Source: Antedon mediterranea
Taxonomy: Eukaryota; Animalia; Echinodermata
DNA: 64,000 nucleotides
NCBI RefSeq assembly: GCF_964355755.1
Contig: NC_092676.1
Location: forward strand, 29,840,871 to 29,904,870
Direction of reading: 5' to 3'
Part shown: positions 38,801 to 55,960 of the stretch, piece after piece
Position numbering within the stretch: position 1 is the stretch's first letter
How the letters are laid out: every line of letters begins with the position of its first letter
Position numbers and translations under genes: made by a program
The notes under the pieces: model-generated
What the model was told of the DNA's origin: nothing
The model's input: only the letters and a program-made list of their open reading frames with translations
Database searches by the model: none

Positions 38801-39879
38801 ACAGTATAATTTGACACTCAATTTTAAAAACATTTTAGAAATTTTACACTGGAATATTACTGATGATATTACATATTTGGTTTGACAGAATTTAGTTTTT
38901 TTGTATTTTGCTTTTTTTTACATTTTTTAAGAACTAATTATTCTGTGTTGAGGGTTAGATGAAGACACAACTTTGCGCCGATTACTAGCTGCATTATGGG
39001 AGTATGTTTCCATACATGTTTGATCTAAAAAAATGAATGGGGTAATAATGTTCAGTGTTTAGAGGTTTCACAACTTTAGGTGCTACCCTATATAAATCCA
39101 GGATATTATTATTATTATTATTATTAATTAGGTTGTCCAGAATCAATTGTGTTTATATGTTTTTAGATTGGAAATATAACACATACTCATCATCAATTTC
39201 TTCTTCTTCTTCTATTTCGTCAGAGGTTATGTCAGAATTTCCGTATGTTGTTACGAAGCCTTGTCCTTTACCAGATTCTTCTGCATCTAAAGCTATTTAA
39301 TATGCAATGATACGATAATGATATACCAGCAAAGACCATGATGACATGATGTGTGATTTGAAATCCAAATTTGAAACAGCACAATGTATTTTTTTATATA
39401 TAAAAACCTGTTTCTATTATTGCATTTATATATAATTATATATTTATACACATATAAATGGGCGCCTATAAATGTATATTAAAATAACTTTATTTTGCTT
39501 ATATTGTTTATGTAAACTAAACAGCATTACCATATAATATATTATATATTCTATTGATGAAATACAGACTTGTGTCGCCAAGGGCCGGTTTTACAACTCC
39601 CTGGTCTAGTCAAGTCTCTAAGCCATTTTTATATTCCCAGCATGCGCACATGAAACAGGGACGATCTGTCCAACATTTTTTAGCTATGTCTCTCTCATCC
39701 CGACCACACGACGCCGTCCATACGTCGTACTAGGCCTAGCTCCTGTCCTGCTGTCAACAATTACCGAGTCGGCAGATCAAAACAACAGACAATGGCCTTA
39801 ATATCTCAATAGCATAAGACTGCATTTATAACAATAATTAAGGTTTATTCTTACCAGACAATAGATCGGAATAATTCAT
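23859..39879 (-). CDS. SENP6: Sentrin/SUMO-specific protease SENP6/7-like (split C48 catalytic domain), ~20 exons
   Basis: Start [21 protein letters not shown] (39879-39855, 39293-39187). Catalytic exons: LIYPP...[21 protein letters not shown] (~28541-28656), [11 protein letters not shown]...[22 protein letters not shown] (~27150-27371), [12 protein letters not shown] (~26608-26687), acidic insertion exons, PCILIFDSL (~25083-25155), [22 protein letters not shown] (~24542-24683); last exon 23987-23859. His-Asp-Cys triad intact. Some N-terminal exons are tentative. Confidence 0.88.
24729..24910. mobile_element. Two partial MITE family A copies
   Basis: Internally deleted copy ~24729-24820 and 5' half ~24834-24910. 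Confidence 0.7.
25743..25903. mobile_element. MITE family A
   Basis: AGCTTTGTCTACACTATCAAAC ... GTTTGATAGTGTAGACAGAGGT. Confidence 0.85.
27806..28500. repeat. 69/71-bp minisatellite x10
   Basis: TTATAATATGTACTGAATAATGTATTGAGATCCAGTG(TA)nTGACATGAGAGATTTGATTCAC repeated. Confidence 0.95.
29110..29238 (-). repeat. Coding 21-bp tandem repeat (IVNRSSP x6) in SENP exon
   Basis: TATTGGTGATGACCTGTTGAC x6 inside exon ~29098-29378. Confidence 0.85.
30137..32270. mobile_element. MITE family A copy split by an insertion (halves 30137-30197 and 32190-32270)
   Basis: Removing the insert and one TSD restores GCCCAAATGTGGTAGTAATATGACATC, colinear with the MITE core. Confidence 0.8.
30198..32189. mobile_element. 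1,992-bp non-autonomous DNA transposon, 17-bp TIR TAGGTATCCCAATGAAA, 7-bp TSD GTGGTAG
   Basis: Perfect TIRs at 30198-30214 and 32173-32189; GTGGTAG at 30191-30197 and 32190-32196; no ORF of 60 aa or more inside. Confidence 0.85.
33157..34072. repeat. 48-bp minisatellite x~19
   Basis: AACTAGACTGGACCTCCTAACTTTGTATGGCCTGTACTGTATGCAAAT repeated. Confidence 0.95.
34206..34698. repeat. 49-bp minisatellite x~10
   Basis: AACACATACATCACACATGCTAGACCCTGGAGACTCCTACAGCAAACTG repeated. Confidence 0.95.
37407..37960. repeat. 15-bp minisatellite (CAGTATATTATGGTA) with 20-bp variants
   Basis: Direct reading; gives spurious MVQYI ORFs. Confidence 0.95.
38314..38461. mobile_element. MITE family A
   Basis: AGCTCTGTCTACACTATCAAAC ... 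AGACAGAGCT. Confidence 0.8.
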
Positions 39880-40169
39880 TTTCAGTAATGGTGTTTCCAG
39901 AACATTTTGAGATGTTTATTTTTGGCTAGGCCTACCTAATCTCTCTCTCGCGCGCGAGCAACAATTTCCAAAACCTGAAAAAAATCTTCTTCTTTTTTTT
40001 CGATTCGCCAATGTGACGTGTGTAGAGGGCGTTATTGCTGACTCTGCTGCCCCCAACCAAACATACTGTCAACGTAAAAACAGAGGTCAAAGTTTATTTG
40101 CATCCAACACATGTTTTTCTTTAACGTCGGCATTTACATTGGAAGCTGTCTACATTTAGTATTATTTAA
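39880..40169. promoter_or_regulatory. Bidirectional promoter SENP6/UTP14
   Basis: Inferred start codons ~290 bp apart; TCTCGCGCGCGAG, CCAAT and TGACGTG in a locally CpG-rich stretch. Confidence 0.6.
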
Positions 40170-43100
40170 ATGTATAATCAAGGTATATTGTGGTAAGACT
40201 ATTCATCAGTTTTGTTAAATCTGCATTAAAAAATATAAAATCCTAAATGAAATATTTTTTTGTTAATTAGGAAAGGCTAAAAGGGCTAACTAATAAAGTA
40301 CCCTCCGTCCGTCGTGACCCACCACCACCAGCAGGAGTAGGAATGTTCATCCTCGCAGTGTGTGTTAGCACTGAAGTATCTAGTCGGTTCGCCCCTTAAT
40401 ATATTTTCCAAAATCAATACTGTAATTTGCAGTCCTTGTTTACTTTCAGGTCAACGACAACTGACTCATCATTAAGGACTAGTGGTAGTGACAATGACGA
40501 GGTCTGATAACAGCTTTATTTGGAAAATATTAAAATGCTAAATTTACTTTTTAATACTTTACTATTCTATTCTATAGATTATTACACAAAAGTAATAATT
40601 TTTATTCATTTTGATTTAGATTTATTAATATGATTTTTAACATTCTATAATTAAAAAAAAAGACAGTAAGTTAATATATTGTTATGGATATTGTAGTTAT
40701 TGATGAAATAAATATATAATAAATAATATTAAAACATTTAGTTTTATTGTTTTTAGGATGATGTTGATGATGAACAACATAGCAAACTTTTAAAGGCCAT
40801 CGGATCTCTGGATGGAAAGAAAGGGTTAGTTTCATACCATTTTTTATTATACATAATTATAAATGCTTGATAAATAATAAAATGAAATTATGTTTTTAAA
40901 ATTGTTACTAACATTTCTGTGTTTGAACCGTTTTAGCTGACCCAAGGTTAAGACTACATCTTTAAGCTCTGTCCACTCTATCTAACTTAATGTGACAAAA
41001 AATGTGATGTGGCCATATATGGACACGATGATGTCATACCACTACCATATTTGGGCATATCACACTTTTTTTGTCAAACTAGTTTGATAGTTAGTTTTAC
41101 TGTGTAGATAGAGCTTTAGTTTAATAATACTTTGATGATATAAATAACTTGTTATTATCTTATTTTAGGAAAAGAGTTCAGCAGAGATCAGAGGCTGTTA
41201 AGGAAATATCAGAGTTTACCTTAGCCTCAAAAGATGGCAAATCAAGTCGTGTCAGAGTTCATGAGTTGATGGGGACATTAAAGAGTACAACATCACATTC
41301 AGAACTTAAGAAACAACTAATTAATGTTCAAAGAAAAAGTAAAACCTTGTCAGCTTCATTGCCAAAACATGAAGCATTAAAGGTATGGAAACTATGCCCT
41401 AAATACTGTTGAGATTACCTGCCTTGTTGGCTAGCTAGAACAGACTCTTGTAATAGATTGATACCTGCCTTGTTGGCTAGCTAGAACAGACTCTTGTAAT
41501 AGATTGATACCTGCCTTGTTGGCTAGCTAGAACAGACTCTTGTAATAGATTGATACCTGCCTTGTTTCCTAGCTAGAACAGACTCTTGTAATAGATTGAT
41601 ACCTGCCTTGTTGGCTAGCTAGAACAGACTCTTGTAATAGATTGATACCTGCCTTGTTGGCTAGCTAGAACAGACTCTTGTAATAGATTGATACCTGCCT
41701 TGTTGGCTAGCTAGAACAGACTCTTGTAATAGATTGATACCTGCCTTGTTGGCTAGCTAGAACAGACTCTTGTAATAAATTGAAATGAAACAGACGCGGC
41801 TTCTATGTACTAACTGCCGTGGAGGCAGTAACCACTTGCTTTTATTAAGTCAATTACTAATTAGCATACATAGTTACATGTGTGTGTGTATAATCATTAC
41901 AACTCTAACTAAAACTTTACTTATGTATAGGTTGAACGTAAACTTGCTTATGAAAACACCAGTAATGAGCTCTCAAAGTGGCAGCAAGCTGTCCAGGCAA
42001 ATCGAAGAGCCGAACATCTGTCGTTCCCTCTCAACCAATCAACCACCAGCCTTCAAACCACGGACACCTTTGTCAAGAAATTTAAGGTGAAATACAAAGA
42101 GTATATTTAATTTATCAAAAGAACATTTCACTAAAGCTCTGTCTACACCATCAAAGTTTATATGACAAAAAAAAGGTGATGTGCCCATGTATGGACACGA
42201 TGACATCATATCACTACCATATTTGGGCACATCGCACTTGTTTTAGTCAAACTAGTTTAATTGTTCGAACACCTTTGTCAAGAAATTGAAGGTGAAATTT
42301 AAAAAGTTTATTTAATTTAATAAAAGAGGATATCACTAAAGCTCTGTCGACGCTATCAAAGTCAAAATAATAAAAAAAATCAGACTTTTTAGTCAAACTA
42401 GTTTAGTAGTGTAGACAGAGCTTAACACATGTAGCATACATTTGAATAGTAAATTGTTACTAATTGTGTTCACATTTCAAATTGTTATCTTTTTTTAACT
42501 TCAGCCTGCAACACCACTTGAGGAGGAAATCTATACGTTGTTACATGGCAGTAAGCACATGGAACGACCTGACAAAGAATTTACACAAGCAGAAGAAGAA
42601 GCCCTGAAGGCTATGAGTCTAGAGGAGGTATTTGTTAAACATCTTTAAAATATTATAGATGCATGGCAGGATATGCTGGGTGAAACTTGGCTTATTGTAT
42701 GTTGCCCAGTTTTGACTACATCATGAATAAATTAGCCTGACTGAAAATAAAAATGTTCTATTAAAAAAAACTATTATCTGTTATATGTGCCATCAAATGT
42801 TACTGTAGTATGAACTACAGGTATGTATGACTTAATTTATGTCTACACTATCAAACTTTATGTGACATGATCACTACCATATTTGGGCATATCACTACCA
42901 TATTTGGGCATATCACTACCATATTTGGGCACATCACTACCATATTTGGGCACATCACACTTTTTTTTGTCAAACTAGTTTGTTAGTGTAGACATAGCTT
43001 TACAGTATGTTATATGTATTTATATATATTTTTTTCAAAAGGCAAAAGCTAGGCGAGCAGAACTACAGAAGGCAAGAGCTTTACAGTCTTACTACGAGTC

Positions 43101-45791
43101 AAAGTGTAAACGACAGAAAAAGATCAAAAGTAAAAAGTAAGCATATCAAAAGAAATAATGTTTAGAATGATAAATAATGTAATTCTCATTGTAAAGAGCT
43201 AGTGTTGTACATTTTTTGGCTGTTTTGATTTTTAGCTCCATTGATATCCAGCCACTGATACCCACAGCATTGTCATTTTTTCAGTAATTTGCCTTTGGAT
43301 TCGTATTGTGTATATATATTTATCGACAGAATGTCTGTTTTGACCATTACTGTACATCTTTACTTCTTGTTAGGTTCCATCGTATTCAAAAGAAAGCAAA
43401 AGCAAAAGAGGATATTAAAAAGATGCAAGAGGTGATGGAGAATGATCCTGAGGCAGCAAACGAAATGATGACAAAGATTGACAAAACGAGAGCACAGGTA
43501 TAAAACACTTTATCATTACAATTCAACAATATGTAAGGCCAACTTGAATAGCAAAAGCTGATTTAAGGCCAATTTACACAGACGAAAAAAGGCGTAGCTT
43601 GGCCCATATAGAATATGTATTTATTCTGAGCGGAAACCGCCCGTCCGCTCCACGTTGTGGGTAAATGGTCATAAGGAATAACATAGATTTTATATTTTTA
43701 TTACTGTTACCGCTCGTCTGTGTAAATTGACCTTTATTTTGGTCTTATATGTCATGTTTGTTAATAAAGTTTCTATATTATTGTACGAGAGTGACAATAA
43801 AGTATTTATACATACATTAAATTACAATTATCATACCTTTTCAATTGCAACTACTATGTGCCTATACCTTCTCATGGCAAAATAAATAGTAAACATTCAA
43901 CATTTGTATACTACGGTAAAGAGCGCTTTATAAATGGTCGATATTATTATTATTATATTTGTATAGTGTCAATAACGTAGTGAATTGTAATAATTTGTAT
44001 TTTATTTCTCTCATAAAAGGAACGTGTTAGTCTGAAGCATAGAAACACTGGCAAATGGGCAAAGAGTACTGTTCGCTTCGGTAAATACAATCTACAGGTA
44101 TGATGATTTCATTTATATTTTATTTGTTAAAAATAATTTCTATATCAATCTGCTATTTCTATATTATCCATATTTTAATTCTGAGCTGTTGAATGTTGAT
44201 AGGCTAGAGAGCAGATTCAACAACAGTTACAGAAGAGCAGAGACCTGACCCAAAAAATTGCAGAGATCAACAAGAGCGATGAAGAGGATCAAGAAGAGGG
44301 CTTGGAGGGAGAAGAAGGTTTGGCGCCATCATTGACAGATATCAATAATCCATGGTTTAATGCATCGGCTAAAAATCTGACAAAAGAGGAGTCCAAGACA
44401 ACGTCAAAGAGCGCTAAGGATCATGTTCGTATATCCGCACTTGAGGCTGTAACTGCTCAACAAGTTGATGACAGTGATTCTGAAGATGATGACGCTCCAG
44501 AAATTGTCACACGTCACATGTTAGAGGGCGTATCAAATGCTGACTTACTAGAGACTCCTGTTGATGATCAGGAGTTGTTAAGCGAAGGAGTAAATCGCAA
44601 ACAGACTCTTGAGGATTTTGAATTCACTGGTTCTGATGAAGAGACTTTACCAGAGGTAAATAACAGCAAGGTCATACACGATTCTAAGGAGGATAGTACA
44701 ACAGATAAAAGGGGAAACATAAAAGATATTCATGTCAATCCTATGAAGGTATTCACCATCAAACCACGAGAAATAAAATGTCTTGAACCAGATATTGTTG
44801 TTGGCGATTTTGAAAAGGAAGATAGACCAGACAAGCACCTGATGAACATACAAGAGGCGTTTGCAGATGATGATGTTGTTGAAGATTTCCAGCAAGACAA
44901 AAAGAGAAAGATTGATGAGAGTACACCTAAGGACATTGACCTTACACTACCAGGATGGGGTGACTGGGGAGGAACTGGGGTCAAGCCATCAAAAAGGAAA
45001 AAGAAAAGGTAAGAACATTAGTTTAGTTGTTTATGAAAAAATAATTCATGATTACAGAGGACATTGCATACTGTACATATATTATTTTATATTATACCAA
45101 TTCTCTGTTAACAGATTCATAATTAAAGCGCCACCTGCTGCTCCACGTCAGGACCGAAAACTAGCTCATGTGATCATCAACGAGAAACGAAATAAATCTG
45201 TCGCCATGCATCAGGTAAATATTCAAATCTGCTTTTGCAATTATTAGTTAAGTTAATTATAGCAGTTAAATATTTCTTACAAAAAACGCCGCTCATCTCA
45301 TGGTAACTACAGTCTTCGTGCATCTCAATATTTATCAGTAAATGTTTTCATAGACTCTCTTTTCCATGACGTACTTTGGGGTGTGCGCATGCCCAGTCCG
45401 AGTTTCTAAATACCCATTTTTTCAGCCGTAGTAAACTACGGTCTCCTAATGCTCCATTCTCTTGAATATAACTGCCTAAAGGAGTGGCGCAAAAACTTTA
45501 CAATGTGGTAAATTTATTTTTTAAATTTTCTTTATTTTGCAGGTGAATAATTTACCCTTTCCGTTTAATTCAGCTCAACAATTTGAATCACATATTCGAG
45601 CACCGGTAGGAAACACATGGAATACTGAAGCTGTCTTCAAGAAATTAACAAAGCCCAAAATAAAAACCCAAATGGGGGCAATAATTGAACCTTTATCGGA
45701 AGCAGATGCTTTCAAAGATACAGTTAGTATTGAGGCTAATAACAAAGAAAAAACAAATAAATCTAAAAGGAAAAAGCATTTTAAGAAATAA
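40170..45791 (+). CDS. UTP14: U3 snoRNA-associated protein 14 (SSU processome), 12 exons
   Basis: Exons ~40170-40192, 40450-40501, 40757-40824, 41169-41382, 41931-42086, 42505-42627, 43042-43136, 43374-43497, 44020-44097, 44203-45008, 45115-45213, 45543-45791. HSKLLKAIGSLDG, RAELQKARALQSYYESK...KIKSKKFHR, ERVSLKHRNTGKWAK, EAFADDDVVEDF, TLPGWGDWGG, LPFPF...RAPVGNTWN. Start codon is tentative. Confidence 0.92.
40965..41115. mobile_element. MITE family A (reverse orientation), TTA TSD
   Basis: TTA|AGCTCTGTCCACTCTATC ... GTGTAGATAGAGCT|TTA. Confidence 0.8.
41416..41777. repeat. 46-bp minisatellite x8
   Basis: TACCTGCCTTGTTGGCTAGCTAGAACAGACTCTTGTAATAGATTGA repeated. Confidence 0.95.
42135..42422. 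mobile_element. Two MITE family A copies within a ~205-bp duplication that includes the UTP14 donor
   Basis: Copies ~42135-42262 and 42340-42422 (TAA|AGCT...AGCT|TAA). Confidence 0.75.
42838..42998. mobile_element. MITE family A with internal 21-bp expansion
   Basis: TGTCTACACTATCAAAC...(ATCACTACCATATTTGGGCAY)x4...GTGTAGACATAGCT. Confidence 0.8.
43566..43732. mobile_element. MITE family B (TIR AGGCCAATTTACACAGACGA); second copy ~51975-52100
   Basis: AGGCCAATTTACACAGACGA ... TCGTCTGTGTAAATTGACCT with TTA flanks. Confidence 0.65.
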
Positions 45792-46438
45792 GTTTTTGTG
45801 GTTTTAATTTGGGTCAAATTGTACACTTTAATTGTGTATATTATTATTATTTTGAAATTGTCGAAACTGTCTTATTTTTTAAATACGACAACTTTACTAC
45901 ATATTAATAAAAAATTTATGGAACAAATAAATATTTTAAAACAACTGTAGTTTCTCTGAAGATTTTTATTGTCTACTTCATAATTGGGTTATCTAAATTC
46001 ACAACTTATGTTCATTTTAACAGATTATTTATATACATTTAATCAGAAAATAAAGTACATCTAAAACATTTAGTATATTTACAGTCATTGCCAACGAAAT
46101 ATTGGCATTTTTTAATTGTTAAATTAATTCCGGAAGACTTTAATGTAAATTTTATAAACTAAATAAATAAACTAATTATTGTAGCATAATTTTTAGACAA
46201 AAGTTACTAAATGTTAATATTTTTTATTATACCTGTACAAACAAGTTCACAATGATTGGAAGCAGAATTCTTCTCATTTGTCATTCAACTTAAGCTGAAA
46301 TACTTTCTTTTCTTTCAATATTTATGTCCAATATCATTTCATCGATTTTACTTTTTTCATAATTGTAATAGTTCTTTGGTACAGTATATATTTAATTAAC
46401 ATACAACATTGTCAACTTTATGTAAACAAGCATACAGT

Positions 46439-49400
46439 TCATTCCCAGCACACATCATCACGCCTCAGTGTAGTTTGCAAGGTCTGTATATCCCTTAGAA
46501 GTGTTTTATTCTGACGTGGTGGTTGATTCTTCACTGTAATTGGCTGTACTCTTGACCCTTTTGTTTTGACCGTTGTAATGACCTGAACTTCAGCACTGTT
46601 TGAACTTGATGGTATTGAGACTGAAGACGAACGACTTATGGCTCGCTTCTTTGTCTTCTTTTTACTTTCCAAGGCCTGCAATATTTTAAATGGACAAAAA
46701 AAAAAATGTTTTTCAGATTTGCTACATTGTTTGTTAGATAAAAACCAAACTTTCAAGTTAAAATCACGATTGTGAGGTATTTGCAAACTGCCTTAAAATG
46801 TCGACATATTTCTAGAAACTATTCTCATCATCAGAACAGAAAAAACGCCTAGAGTTCTTATATACCAATTAAACATCAATGCCAACCAAGAGGACCCACT
46901 AACGCTCTGTCTACACTATCAAATTAGTTTGACAAACAAAGTGTGATGTGCCCAAATATGGTAGTGATATGATGTCATCATGTCCATATATGGGAACATC
47001 ACATAAAGTTTGATAGTGTGGACAAGATTTTACCTTTGATTTGTGCCTTTTTAATTTAGCAATCTGTTCTCCCTTGGCTTCCATTCTAATCACCAACTGC
47101 TCCAGTTCTCGTTCCAAATCTTCCCTTAAATGTCGATCATCTGTTTCCTGAATCTGACGAGCTATTTCTTGATGCTCACTAATATTTAAAATAAAAAAAG
47201 TCATTTGAAAAATTAAAGAAAATTACAAATCTTCCAGGAAAAAGTAATACATGGATGCAGAAATATAAGGTGTACAGAAATATCAGGTGTGTAAAAATAT
47301 AAGGTGTGCAGAAATAAAGGTGTCCAGAAATATAAAATGTCAAAAAATATAAAATGTCAAAAAATATAACGTGTGCAGAAATTATAAGGTGTGCAAATAT
47401 ATAATGTCTGCAGAAATATAACACTATATTTTTCAATACTTACAATCCCATCTGCCCAAATTCATCTTGTAATCCCAACATAAGGTCAGCAAGGTCACTT
47501 TCTGAGGTAGACGATGATACCGATGGCCGACGATGGACCGTTCCATTAACTCGCTTCATGAGGGGGCCATTGTTACACCATGCAGGATTGTGCGTCTTCA
47601 ACATTGCTAGTACACTCTGAAGATTCGAACTTAGTGAATGGCTCGGAGTGGTTGACTGTTAAAAAGATTCATTTCATTTATTTTGCCATATAAAAGTTTC
47701 AGGAAGACATTTTTTTTTTTTTTCATATTAACTGGTCCTTTCAACTAGAATATTGGAATGCAATGTAGGAGTACCTTTCATGTAACAACAAGGTATAATT
47801 AAGTTTAAACTTACTTTGCCAGCAACAAATGGTAGAGTTTTAAAGTTTGCCCTGTAATGGCTTCCTTTTGTCGTTGTTGGTTTAGCTTTAGCAGGTTGAC
47901 TAGATTGCACATTCCTTCGCTTCTTCTTTTTCTTTGGTTTTGTTGGTTGAGGGGGTGTGTTTGACGCTAGCATAATTCGGTTCATTTCTGTTTCTGTCTG
48001 AAGCTAAAAGAAAACATTGACAATAAACTTATGTTTTCAAAAACTATGATTTTATATATTTTTTGGAATTACCAGGCTTAAGGCATTACCTCTGCAGCTT
48101 TTTCTTGGACCAACCTACGATGATGTTGCTCTTCACGCACCTTCTCTTCAAGCTGTTGAATTTTTTTCTGAAAATAATAAATTTTACAGCATAAATGTAA
48201 TATGTTAGGTATACCTTAATTAATACATGGGGTGGAGAGTCTGGTATATCTCAAGTTGTGTACTGATTATTATTATTATTATAAATCACTTTATTTACTT
48301 GAGTCCTTGTTTGAGTTGCCTGCAATTTCATGTTATCTCTTTCCAATTTTTCCACCTTTTCCTGGTGTAACTGTATCTCTTCAACCTCTTCTTTTTCCCT
48401 AGCATTAACGATCAGCTTCCGTTCGTGCAAGGCTCTGTTACGATCATGCTCGGAATTCTGCACCATTTTGCGCATATATTCCAGCTGCTTCTCCAACAGA
48501 TTACACCTACTTTCTGCCGAGTCTAAATGTAATTCTACTTCTGTTAAAAAAAAGTGAATAGGTTCAATCAGTTAAACTAACTATTTTTTTTTAGGGTAGA
48601 AGAAGGCATAATTATTTAGTTTCTTACACACCCTTAGTTTGTTTAGATATCTCTGTTTGTGTCTCTTCTTTAGCCGTGTGTTCTTTCTGAAGAATTTCTT
48701 TGTATTGTGTTGTTTCCGATGCTAAACTTTTTAGGTTTTGTTCTGCTTGAGTGCGCTCCAACTCCAACTTGCGTATCTTGTCCTGTAGACCACGCAGTGC
48801 CGATATAATTGCTGTCAGATAAAAAATGAAAATGTTATACTTTATAATATGCATATCAGATGTAGGCAAATTGAAATTGTATGTTGTGCTACAGTACAGT
48901 ATATATCAAAACAAATTCAGCATACTGTAACCATACTAACCACGACTTTTAGTCTCTGGCGCGGAATTGGTGTTTCTTGGCGAACGCCCTGGTGCATACT
49001 GATCGTCTAATAATGGCCGTGAGTGAGGATATTCATTGTAAGAGGAAATAGAATCATTACGTAGAGAATAGTCCATGTCTGTGCCTAGGCCTACATGATA
49101 CGATGACGGCATTGACTATAGTAGAAAACAAACATGTTACGTAAACATAAATAGTTTATATTATAGGCCTAAAGACTAGCCTAGCTATCTATAATATCTA
49201 GAATAAAGACAGAGGCTACAGTTACAGTATATTTTTAATAAATGTTTAAATATGTTGAAGAAGCTTTTTATTAATTTATTCTAGGCCCAGGCCTCTAAAT
49301 CTAGGCTAACACCTAGAGTAGAGGAGAATTCGGAGCCTGGAACATTCCATGGCCCACTCATCGTGGCCATGCCCATGTATGAAGACAATTGGCCTAGGCC

Positions 49401-49585
49401 TAGCCTACACTAGAAGATTGGCCGGAAGACGTGGATGATGGGCCACTGTACTGACTAAGCTGGGCTAGCAGGCCCATCCATGCGTGCATGTGGCCTAAAT
49501 ACAGCTTAGCTTATTTAAAAATATCATATAAAACACTGAACAAGTGTATTACGTTTATACTTACTTGCATAAAGTTTTCAGTCAT
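46439..49585 (-). CDS. CEP57: Centrosomal protein 57 kDa (translokin)-like, 9 exons
   Basis: Exons ~49585-49565, 49115-48941, 48811-48631, 48540-48298, 48167-48090, 48003-47815, 47656-47443, 47178-47034, 46675-46439. [95 protein letters not shown]-terminal [13 protein letters not shown]. Confidence 0.92.
46903..47027. mobile_element. MITE family A
   Basis: GCTCTGTCTACACTATCAAA ... GTTTGATAGTGTGGACA, directly after a CEP57 donor. Confidence 0.8.
47257..47420. repeat. Degenerate ~18-bp tandem repeat
   Basis: CAGAAATATAAGGTGT-like units x~8. Confidence 0.7.
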
Positions 49586-54207
<4,622 letters not shown>

Positions 54208-55299
54208 CTGAAATGTTAACTGTTACTTAGCTTCATACTAAAGACACTGAGTTGTTGCCACATCCTCCAATACCTTTGAATGTAACAATTGTTTTAATGC
54301 TACAGTTAACAGTTTCAAAAGTAAGTGGTATATTATGGGAAAACCTCATCCCAAAAAATGTTTCAATGCTAGATTTTTTTAAAGATTTTAATATCTGATT
54401 TTAATAACTGACCAAGAATGATGGAATCAAAAATGAGATGAATAAATTTAAATATTGGACATAAAAAAAATATTTTAATAAACCATGTAGAATCTTAAAA
54501 GTTTGTCCTAATGAAAGCGCCCTCTATTCTTGTTTAAGCTTTTTTTGTATTTCGTGTCCAAATATCAAGCCAGTTTTCAGCCTTTTTGATAATGTTATGA
54601 TATGTTCCATGCTAATTTGGCAGTTGTAAGACAGCTCATGTTATTTGTATATTTAAATAATTTATATACATATGTGTATTAAGACTAGCGATAATGATGT
54701 ATTTTAGTCGACTGTAATATATGACATGATTTTATAAAATATAATAATAAAATGTATGCTAAACAAAAAAAATATTTATTCTACAAAAATTCGCTTACCA
54801 AATTAATGGACTAATAATTTGTAAACATTGTAAAAATTGTAGTAATATTATTTGTAGGACTTGGAACTTAATATTTCTGCTAATAAGAACTACTTTAAAC
54901 TTACTTGTACATATTAGGGTTCACATTCTGCTATTGATACTTTTCTATTGATACTTTGCTATTGATACTTTGCTATTAATACTTTGTCATACTCTTACTT
55001 GGTATACAGTAGGCCTATATGTTCTGTAGTTTAAGTTGTTTTATTTTCAATGTTGATGAATACGCGACCAAGTAAAAATTTTGTTGGTTTGTATGGAAAA
55101 ATGAGTTTGTGGATAGTATTAATAACTATCCAAGATTTGATCAACGACGACCTGGGAACTGGTGACGCCATGTTAATTCATTGTGCGCATGCAAAGACAT
55201 TGAGATGTGCTTACTTGCCTGTGCAGTTGCTTCACAAAGTTTTGACGGAGTATAACATGTACAGAGGTGATGATCAACAAAACAATTGGATATGTCTAA

Positions 55300-55399
55300 A
55301 GCTCTGTCTACACTATCAAATTAGTTTGACAAAAAAAGTTGATGTGCCCAAATATCCTGTCCATTTTTTGTCATATCAAGTTTGATAGTGTAGACAGGC
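55300..55399. mobile_element. MITE family A (internally deleted)
   Basis: AGCTCTGTCTACACTATCAAA ... GTTTGATAGTGTAGACAGGCT. Confidence 0.8.
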
Positions 55400-55960
55400 T
55401 TTAGGTTGTCCAAATAGAAAGCTCCCTCTATGTTGAAAATTATTCAAATAATGTAATTATGTAGAAACAATTATTAATGCTTTTTGAAGTTTTTTAACAA
55501 AGTTCGTGAGTGTATGCATAGTGAACGATGTCAATATTGTATAGATTTTCTGTTAATAATATATTGCTGCTGAGTTTATAAGTTAATAATTGTAGGAATA
55601 TTTGTATGTTTGGGCGGCATTTGTAAATAAACTAACGATGTTCTATATTTCTGATATTTTATTGTATTTTTCTTTTATTAACAGTGAATATTTACAAAGG
55701 ATAACTGACGGAATATGCGTTATCTTTCGCGTTTGAAACGCAATACTATTGGTTCAAACGTATTGGTTTATTACGTTGTAAAACGCAACGTAATAAAGTT
55801 TGCCCTTCCAATATAATTGTGTTGCGCCTACGTGAATCAAACCTGCAATGTTTGCAGCACAGTTGCGTCGTCAGTTCCCACTTGTGATTATGCAATACAA
55901 CACTTTGCCTCAATACGTCGCTGCGTTGCGTTCTAGTGAGAACCACGCTTTAAATAAGGT

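Noticed and set aside
44100-44183. Possible C/D snoRNA (ATGATGA...CTGA) in a UTP14 intron
   Set aside because: Box C overlaps the donor, box D is only ~19 nt from the acceptor, there is no intronic terminal stem and no recognisable rRNA guide.
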